Below are positions 55,916 to 64,000 of a stretch of 64,000 bases of DNA, one piece after another. Position 1 is the stretch's first letter; every line of letters starts with the position of its first letter. The stretch is taken from contig JBHGNT010000003.1 in assembly GCA_043228905.1 (NCBI GenBank), positions 2,480,001 through 2,544,000 of the forward strand. The letters run 5' to 3'. The translations under genes and the position numbers were made by a program. Origin of the DNA: Azolla caroliniana. Lineage: Eukaryota > Plantae > Polypodiophyta. A model generated the notes under the pieces. That model worked only from the letters and a program-made list of their open reading frames with translations. It was not told the DNA's origin and did no database searches.

Positions 55916-56273
55916 AACACGTTCGCGTTCACAAGTGGAAGGATCGCGCATAAATGGAAGGATAAGGGAAATTTTAGGTGTTTTTCAATGATTTTACAAA
56001 ACACATTGATACCAGTATCATACATGTTCAAACATACTATGAAAAAGGTTAAAAATCTACTATTTTCGTGATTTAGAAGTAACTAAAAAAAGACGAATTT
56101 CAAAAAGATACATTCTCAATTTATATCACAAACTTTACAACCAATGTTATTTTATAAGAAACGATTTTTTAGAAATCATAAGAATTCAAAACACATGCTT
56201 TTATATTACTCGATTTGTTACAAGCGGAATGTAGTTACACTTAATAGCCAAATATACATTCATGATCACTCCT

Positions 56274-59054
56274 TTACGGAGAATCACTACTATAACTAAT
56301 ATACAATGACGATTCCTCCTCATCATCCTCGGATGTACCAATCAGTGCATTATCTTCGTCATAAACCAAATGGTTTGACTCTAGATTATATGTAGCAGAT
56401 CTCGTTTGCCTTTGACTCGAGCCACATTGTAGACCTGGTAATTTTTCTTTTATTATATCTATTGTTGACTTCCTTAATCGTCCGGCTTTTGTAAGTGTCA
56501 AGTCGTACACGATGATATCCACATCAGAGATATCAAGGGTCGAGGTGTTACGAATGTTTCGCTTCCTCTTCCTACCTCCCCTTCTTGTTGGGCATTCAAT
56601 CATCTCCAATGTATACTTACCTATAAAAGCATTTGCACTTCTAGTGTTGTACCAATGAACATTTATAGACTTGATCTTGTTTTCTATTTCATGCATTAGC
56701 ACTTCTAGAATTTTACCAACCCAAAATTGGTGGCCATGTGAGTTCTCATCAGCCGGCGTTGCAATCAACATCCCCGCGGTGAGCTCTTGCAAATTTCCTT
56801 GCCATCTAGCTTCGGCTGCTTTGGTCATCCTTGGTCCCACATAAATGTCTCTTCGTTGTGGATGGACCAAGCTGTCATTAATCGCATTTACTAGTTGCTC
56901 CGGAGTTCTATTTACGCGATCATGTTGCAGCGACCATGTGAATGGCGTTTCCAAATTCCAATTATCAACAGATACACAATTGTCTATAATTTCTTTCTGA
57001 TCACTATAAAATATATCCCACCATGACGTGTCTTGTTGTGCGGCATATTTCTTGGTGGCCTCAATATGCTTTCTTTTTTCTTCTAAAGCTTGGAGCCATG
57101 ACCATTTTTGTTCTGATACCAAGTCGCTCTGCAACTGTCCTTTCTTCTCAATTGGCATTTGCTTAGCTCCATGGACAATTGTACTCGGCATACAAAGTAA
57201 TAACTGGCAACCACCTTCAGGTTCCCATGTTGTAGAAGATGAATATTGTTTAGCATACAAAAGTGTAGAACCACTTATTCCATTTTTCTTTATCATAAAA
57301 ATGTGATTGAAACTTATATTGTTTAACTGAGCAAGCACTTTAACATTCCCACCACCCCTATCTAATATATATCTCTTAAAGTCATATACCTCCTTCAAGT
57401 GTAACACTTTTGGGCGTGGTGTATAAGCATCACAAATGACATCAAATAGTTTAGGTAAAGTGAAAGCATCATGCCGAGACAACTGTCTGGAGAATGTGCT
57501 AAACATCTGATCTATATGGTCATGTGTGTGGCCAACCAAAAGGAAATTGACTTTCACTTTCCTAAACAATTCTAGGTTGACCAACATACTTAGATAGCCA
57601 AATACAGTTGAATTTTTGTTCTCTCTAGCAGTATTGTCCAATTGAATGTATAGAACAGGGGGGAAAGGTTGGCCCCAAGACATCAAAACTTGGTGAATCA
57701 CTGTAATTGTTAGGTTAGGGTCATTGTGAACATTGGGGTAAGTAATGAAGACGTGAGGTCGAACAGACCTATTATAAGCCAAGCATCCCACCAAGTGCAT
57801 TTGAACAAGGCACTCATCATTGACATCTTTGGGGAGCCTCCGCATATGCGGCAAGCATGTCTTCTTCTGGTCCATGCCATCTATCATTAAGCACATGTAT
57901 TGTTTGGGCCTCTTCAAACACTTCTCTCTATGATGCATCGCCTTCCTTCGTTCTAAGGATTGTGCCTCACGATGCTCTTGTAGTAACTTCTTACTCGTAT
58001 CCTTTTCCATTTATGTCTTTGCACCTTTAGCCAAACTTTTAAGATTTGCACAAATGGAGCAATACCCCATACGTACTTTACGAGGAATAATAACATTTGA
58101 AAACCGAGCTCTCTTTAATCTTGTGAATTGGCTATAGGTGATAGACTTATTACGTGAGCCCAGCATATCAGATCGATAGACATCATAAACTTCCTGACGT
58201 GTATAATTATCAAAAAGATGCATCCTACCTGTAGTGGGCATTACTTCACAATTTAACTGAAAGTAAGTTTTCATCCAGCCAATAGCATGTCTTCCAATTG
58301 CACCTTTCATACTTGGAACCTCTTTACAATTGAGCATCTGATCCCCGCTAAGTAGACGTTGTTGTACTCTATGTAGCCGCATGTTACTAACACATAACGC
58401 AATTTTGAATGCAATTCTACATATCTATTGTGCATGGAAGATATAATACTCGAATGATACTTTGATCCCCGTACATTTGTCAGATACTAGTTGCATATGT
58501 GACCCGAGGTAAGTGTCTTGCTCATCACCGGTCATCGAAAAATAGTATCGCCTTAATTCTCGCAACTTTGATTTTCCAATCACAGACATAGAACCACGGG
58601 CACAACATATTTTTTTGACATCAAATCCAATCTGTTTATCTGATGTCACCAAGCTAAATCTAGCCAGACGAATTCTTCGTGGGATTCTTCTAATATGCAT
58701 AGGGCTCCCAGATTTCTCTTCCTGCATAGAGGTTGGTGTAACCTTGTTTCAGTCTAATTCTCTGTTGTGACCATCACCAATGTTATTCAATGTTTCCTGG
58801 GCACTACCTTCATTCTCGGTATCTTTATTAATATCGTATTCTTCAATAGAGAACTCTTCACATGTGTCATTATTTACGTTCCCTGTAGATGAGCTCAGAC
58901 AATATTCTTCGATAGAATATGGTGAGTCGGTCGACAGACAATATTCTTCAATCGAATATGGTGACTCTATTGACAAACAATACTCTTCAGTAGAAAACGA
59001 TGGGTCTGATGACAAACAATATTCTTCAATCGAGAATGGTGAATCTTCACTCAT
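56274..59054 (-). pseudogene. Sola-like/DUF7869-type DDD transposase, 926 codons, three premature stops
   Basis: ORFs 58749..59054, 58425..58727, 58011..58382 and 56274..58010 share one frame, separated only by TGA/TAG/TAA; motifs ICRIAF, YCSIC, IDGMDQKK, QLDNTARENKN, VGHTHDHIDQMFS. Confidence 0.8.
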
Positions 59055-59899
59055 GGCTTAAGGTCTAGATAGGTCTCTCTAAGTTATGTGCTTAGGGTAA
59101 GGAAAAAACTAATAAGCTCCTCTCTAAACATATACTCCTCTCTAAACATAAACTTCTCTCTAAACAAAAGCCAAATCAATAGAATGTCTATATTATGTAA
59201 TATTCTATTAATACAATACATCAAAAAATTATTTTTAATAAAGTAATTGTACTTAAAATATCAATTATTATATAAACTAGATCTATATGAAGTTAAATCA
59301 AGTAAAATATAAAACTAATCATTAACAAGCCATGAATATGTTGGATTAATGTTAAAATCATTGGCTAATTAATGGCACCCATTTTGATATAGAACGTCTC
59401 ACTCATTGGTTCTTTAATGCTCACCATTTTAAATATTAGACTTATCAATCATTGGTTAATTCATGCCAACATCTTTAATACATAGCATTTGAGAGTCATA
59501 AAAATTGTTGCTTTTAGTAATCAATCATTGGTACATTCATGAACCTCTATCATTGTCTCCTTCATAACCTTTGAAGTCATTGCAGGTTGTTATGACTATA
59601 AAAGATTGATCAATATGTTAGTTTGACTTTGTAATCATTAATGCAATCATAAGTTACTCTAGTTAATGTGACTATGGTTACCAACTAACTATCCTCAAAG
59701 TTACCAACCTTGGTTAAGGTGACTATGGTTACTTTAACCAATGTGGTCAATCCCTATAAATAGGAAGACCTCGTCATATTTCACTCACTAGAGCGTACAG
59801 AGCGTACAGAGCACATAGAACGTAGAGAGCACAAAAAGCACACAAAGCACACAGAGCACAAAGCACCAAAGCGCGATCTCCGCCTCCACTTCTACAACC
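59055..59899. promoter_or_regulatory. Divergent promoter region with TATA box and CCAAT boxes
   Basis: CCTATAAATAG at ~59753-59763 upstream of the ATG at 59900; TCATTGG with ATTGG at 59360, 59405, 59451 and 59527. Confidence 0.55.
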
Positions 59900-62800
59900 A
59901 TGTCTTCAAAGAGAATCGAGCGCGAGGACTCCAGGTAGGCCTCTGACACTGTGGACATTTTTGTAAATATGTTTCGTCGCTCTAGAACTCGATACGCCGT
60001 ATTGAGTTTATGTATACAATACAAACTTTATACATGAACTCGATATGGCGTATCGAGTTCCTGTTTAAAACCTACACTTTAAACAAGAACTCGATACGGC
60101 GTATCGAGTTCCCGTTTAAAACCTAAACATTAAACAGGAACTCGATACGCCGTATCGAGTTCCCGTTTAAAACCTAAACTTTAAACACGAACTCGATACG
60201 CCGTATCGAGTTCGAGTTTAAATTTCAAACTTTAAATGGGAACTCGATATGCCGTATCGAGTTCCCGTTTAAAGTTTAGGATTTAAACAGGAACTCGATA
60301 CGCCGTATCGAGTTCCTGTATAAAAGAAGGTTCTGAGAGAGAAAAATTGTGTTTTGGGGGTAACAAATAATTATGGTGTGGAAAAGATATCAAATTGTCT
60401 GGCAAAATCAGTCTTTTTTATGTTGACTTTCCTTACTTTTAAAAAAAAACATGTTCTAATTATAGGGGTTTTATGACCTACTTTAGCTTAAAATAGTAGA
60501 AAATGATCCACAAATTGCCTTTACGATAGCAAATTCTCCTCAATATAGGTTTGGAATCTATATAAGTCATACCTACTATTTAAAAGAATATATAACCCTG
60601 TTTACTTATTACGATATATATTTTCTAGGTTGAATAGCCCTGCCTATAATAGATTTTTGAATATAGGACTGCTAGTGAGAATTGTTCTTCATGTTAATAT
60701 ACAACCTTAATCTACGTGACCACCTAACTTATGTTTTTGCATATACTTTCTTAAATAGGTCGTTTGAGAACCTGTCGGACCGACCCGTGAAGAAAATAAA
60801 GCTTCGCATACAAGGTTCTCCAATCGAAGCCCAGACCAAGGTAGCTCCTGAGACCATGAAGAGAGGGAAAAAGCTTCTCTTTAACGAAGAGACAAAATCT
60901 CAACCACATAGTGATGTTAGCCAAAAGAAACTTGTCGCCGCTACTGGAGGTGAAGACCTTCCTGACCGAGATCTAACGGACAAGGAATGGTGTATGCAAT
61001 ATGTCGACTCAAAGAAAAAAGTCGTATTGTATACAACAAAGAAGAAGGGTGAGGGGCAGCTTGGAAAGGAAACCCCATTTATGTATGGCCGTATTCTACG
61101 ATTTGACTACGAAGATACAGATTCGGCCAACATACTGGTAATGATAGAGTGCTCCAAGGGGGTACGTAAAGTGTTCCTTTCAGAAGACCTTTTAGTAAAG
61201 GAATCTTGTGGGCCAGAAGCGTTCAAAAAAGATCTTGAAAGCTCACAAAACCTTATTGTTACCTTGAGGCCTTATATACAAGGCCATGTAACTCTAAGAG
61301 ATGAAGTGCCCTCCCCATTGAAGGCCACAAAAAGGGTATCCAAAGTCCAGTCAAGACCACGAAAGAAGAAGATAACCAAAATGTCGGATATGGATTCAAC
61401 AAGTGAAAACGAAGAGGAGGATAATAAGGGGACGCCAGGAGCTGAACTGGCCTCGGGTGTTTTGTCATCCGAGCAGAATAAGATAAGGAGAGAGTTAATG
61501 CAACGGAAACTGGTCAGGAAAGGGCAAGTGTTTAATTTGCCTATAACACACATCCATCGGCCCCCTATTGATGAAAAAACAGGTCGACGACCACTTGAGA
61601 TTAGAGAGGCACACCGCATGCATGTTCAAAATCTCAAGAAAAATATGAAAATTAATCCTCATGCCACTGTGGTGCCTTTTATTGTTATGGTAGATCCTGA
61701 AGAATGTGAAACCATTGAAGATTTTGATATTAGAAAGCATGATCAATATAATTATTTTGTCATTGGTGGATCACATTCAACAGAGGCTCGTCGGCAACTT
61801 GTGAGAGAACATCCAACCACTTTCTTCTTCAAGTATGCCGAGTGCAAAATTTATGTTGGGCTCACAACCGAAGAGGCTAAGCTGTTGGCATGGGACCATA
61901 ATAATGATAATGACTATAGGCAGAAAATGTCGTCCATTGAGCGTATACGGTTCTTCCACCACGAGTATTTAGATGTGAAACAAAAGTTTGGTGTGAAGTT
62001 ACATCCAGGCCTTCGACGTCAATGTTTGCATGAAGTCGGCATTGTGGTAGATGATAATGTTAGGTCCGATGGTCTTCGAAAGTATGAGTCTTGGTTTCAA
62101 TTGGCGTTTAGAGATGGAGAAGTATGGGACCTACAAGATCAAATCTTCTCAATGTGGGAGAATAAGGAGGTAAAGGGTCAACGACAAAAGAAATGTAGGG
62201 TTGACCCTCAACTAGAGTTAAAGTCACAAGCCGCCAAGAAAATTGACTTGACAATTGAAGAAGCGGCAGACGACATGAAGCTGTCTCTATGGAGAGCGAT
62301 GCAAGGTATTAAGGACGAGCAGCTTCTTGTGTCGGTTTTGTCAAGGGTTCTGGCGAAAGATTTAAGCCTTGAAGAAATGGTCACTGAGTTCAATAAGTAA
62401 GTCTTTCAAATACTGAAATTGTAGTCTATCTGGTGTAATTTAAAGTTCTAATCTTGAATTCTAATTTTACAGTCATAAGGTGTACATGAAGATCCAAGAA
62501 GTTATGATGAAACAACTTGGATGTATAACTTGGGAACAAGTGACCGAGGATTATCCTCTAACGTCTTCGTATAAGGCGTTATCAGAGTATTTTATTGCAT
62601 TCAAGGATTGGATTAGTATTCATGGTTTTTCATTACCCTTTCATCATATGTAGAGCTTGTATAATAATACCTAATGTCCTATTGCTTCTATTAGAAACCG
62701 TGTCAAGGCAAGAAACAAGGAGAAGTTAAGGATATACACGATTTCCCTACATCCTTCCTTGCACATCTCGAGCGAGCCAGAAAAGAAAAGGATCGTCGCT

Positions 62801-63983
62801 TAGTCAAGGCGTACGAAATGGAGGAAGATGGCTCCTTTAAAAAATTTAGCCACAAAAAAGATATTACGAGAGATCTTTACTACAATGTGGTTTGCGGTGA
62901 TGTCATCGACTTGATCCAGAAGGTGCCAAAGAAGGAATATACGCTAATGATTGCGGATATTCCTTACGGATTTCGAATGGCTGGGTCATCATACAACGAT
63001 GAACCGTTTAGGTTTAAACAATTGGAGAAGATGGTCAAGGATTTCGTTGAGCTAACGACCGCATCCTTGTGGCGAATAGTTGTCTTTCATAGTATGGACC
63101 AAGGGTACTCGGTAGCTCAAGCTTTGAGATCTCGTTGCCATGGCATCGAGAACCTTGCATGGTAAGGATTATTTATAGGTGTCTTTCACTATATTGCATT
63201 TCTTAAGGTTGTTGAATCTATTCTTAACTCGATGTATTATTTTTTATAGGATCAAGACCAATGTAAATAGAGGGCCAACTTTTCGGTTCGTTAATGCCAT
63301 TGAATACATAACGGTTGGCTACTTCGATGAAATTAAGAAACAGAGAATCAAAGAGCATTCTAATGAAGTGGGAGGTTCAAATCTGTTGGTATATCCAGCA
63401 GTGACACGGAAATTGCGACATGTCACCACGACAGAACGGGGACTTGTCAACCCATACCAAAAACCTCAACAACTTATGATGCGCTTGATCGAGATGTTTT
63501 CTGTCGAAGGAGACTGGATATTAGATCTCTTTTCTAGCACAGTATTCCTCGAACTAGGGTAACGATCTTGAGATAACCAATCCCTTTTTTTTCGTTTGAC
63601 AACTAAATCTTCTTGTTACTTACATCACAGGAACTACGTCTGCATGTGCATTGAAGCTTTTTAGAAATACAGTTGCATTGGAGAAGGACAAGGACCAAGT
63701 TATATTTATTAATATGCGGATTAAGGCTTTGTGGGAGTGCCCAGACCAGGATGAGGAGGTCGGTGCAAAGAACCTCGCCAATACAGAAAGGTTTCAACCT
63801 GCTTCGCGAGAGCCTATTCCTCCGTTAGCCTGCGAACCAGGGGAGCTAATAGAGCTTGATGATGAGCTTATAGAAGATATTTCGTTGGCTCGGCTAACAG
63901 GGGAAACCAATGCACGTATAGCCGAAGACGGTTCTACACAAGATGATGAAGAAAATGACGTTGATGAATTGATTGCTATGTAA
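59900..63983 (+). pseudogene. ParB/Srx-like domain plus beta-class N6A/N4C DNA methyltransferase fusion; exons 59900-59934, 60759-62396, 62473-62611, 62695-63161, 63250-63542, 63631-63983 (~974 aa)
   Basis: Exons join in frame. ParB-like PFIVMV...YFVIGGSHSTEARRQL...AKLLAWDHN; MTase motif IV ADIPYG (DIPY at 62956-62967), W.K...E, motif X NPYQKP (63449-63466), motif I DLFSST|GTTSACA...ALEKD. Donors of intron 3 (AT at 62612) and intron 5 (missing G at ~63543) are damaged. Confidence 0.8.
59985..60315. repeat. Array of seven 25-bp palindromes GAACTCGATACG(C/G)CGTATCGAGTTC at an exact 51-bp period, in intron 1
   Basis: Starts at 59985, 60036, 60087, 60138, 60189, 60240 and 60291; the 26-bp spacers are related to each other and are themselves quasi-palindromic (GTTTAAA...TTTAAAC). 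Confidence 0.95.
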
Positions 63984-64000
63984 TAGACTCTATGAAGAAA

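Larger units (their letters stand above)
55920..64000. mobile_element. Putative two-gene DNA transposon (Sola-like transposase plus ParB-methyltransferase); right end outside the window
   Basis: Abrupt break of the copia ORF at ~55915-55960, then divergent transposase and MTase genes; termini and TSD not identifiable here. Confidence 0.6.

Noticed and set aside
55915-55965. Defined terminal inverted repeat or TSD of the transposase element
   Set aside because: Only a short TGGAAGGAT direct repeat is visible; the partner end is outside the window, so no terminus can be called
55341-55991. RGG-rich RNA-binding host gene
   Set aside because: It is the copia gag linker plus protease (DSGASNHM), reading through into the adjacent element
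59985-60315. CRISPR array (palindromic repeats with constant-length spacers)
   Set aside because: Spacers are homologous to each other and palindromic, there are no cas genes, and the array lies in a spliceosomal intron of a plant locus
60682-60758. Start of the 572-aa ORF as the true N-terminus
   Set aside because: It begins at a non-ATG codon in AT-rich intron sequence; the acceptor at 60758 joins exon 1 (ATG 59900) in frame
59900-63983. Bacterial contamination as the source of the ParB-MTase
   Set aside because: The gene has phase-compatible spliceosomal introns and a TATA box and is contiguous with plant retroelements

Overview
Plant nuclear DNA, by inference from a non-seed land plant such as a fern. 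Most of the window is a tandem birth-and-death array of intronless DUF247 (UPF0481) genes: two intact, one frameshifted and at least four pseudogene relics. It also holds one intact 3-exon CYP85-clan (CYP716-like) cytochrome P450, nested Ty3/gypsy and Ty1/copia LTR retrotransposons, solo LTRs, a hAT-type MITE and segmental duplications. The standout is the last ~8 kb (about 55.9-64 kb), a head-to-head two-gene module. On the minus strand is a 926-codon Sola-like (DUF7869-type) DDD transposase with a C-terminal BAH/SH3-like domain. On the plus strand is a reconstructable 6-exon, ~974-aa gene fusing a ParB/Srx-like domain to a prokaryote-type beta-class N6A/N4C DNA methyltransferase. Intron 1 of that gene carries seven 25-bp palindromes at an exact 51-bp period (parS-like). 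This copy is decayed (3 nonsense codons, 2 broken splice donors) but suggests a DNA transposon family carrying its own amino-methyltransferase and candidate binding array. Family names come from motif recognition by eye, not database searches.
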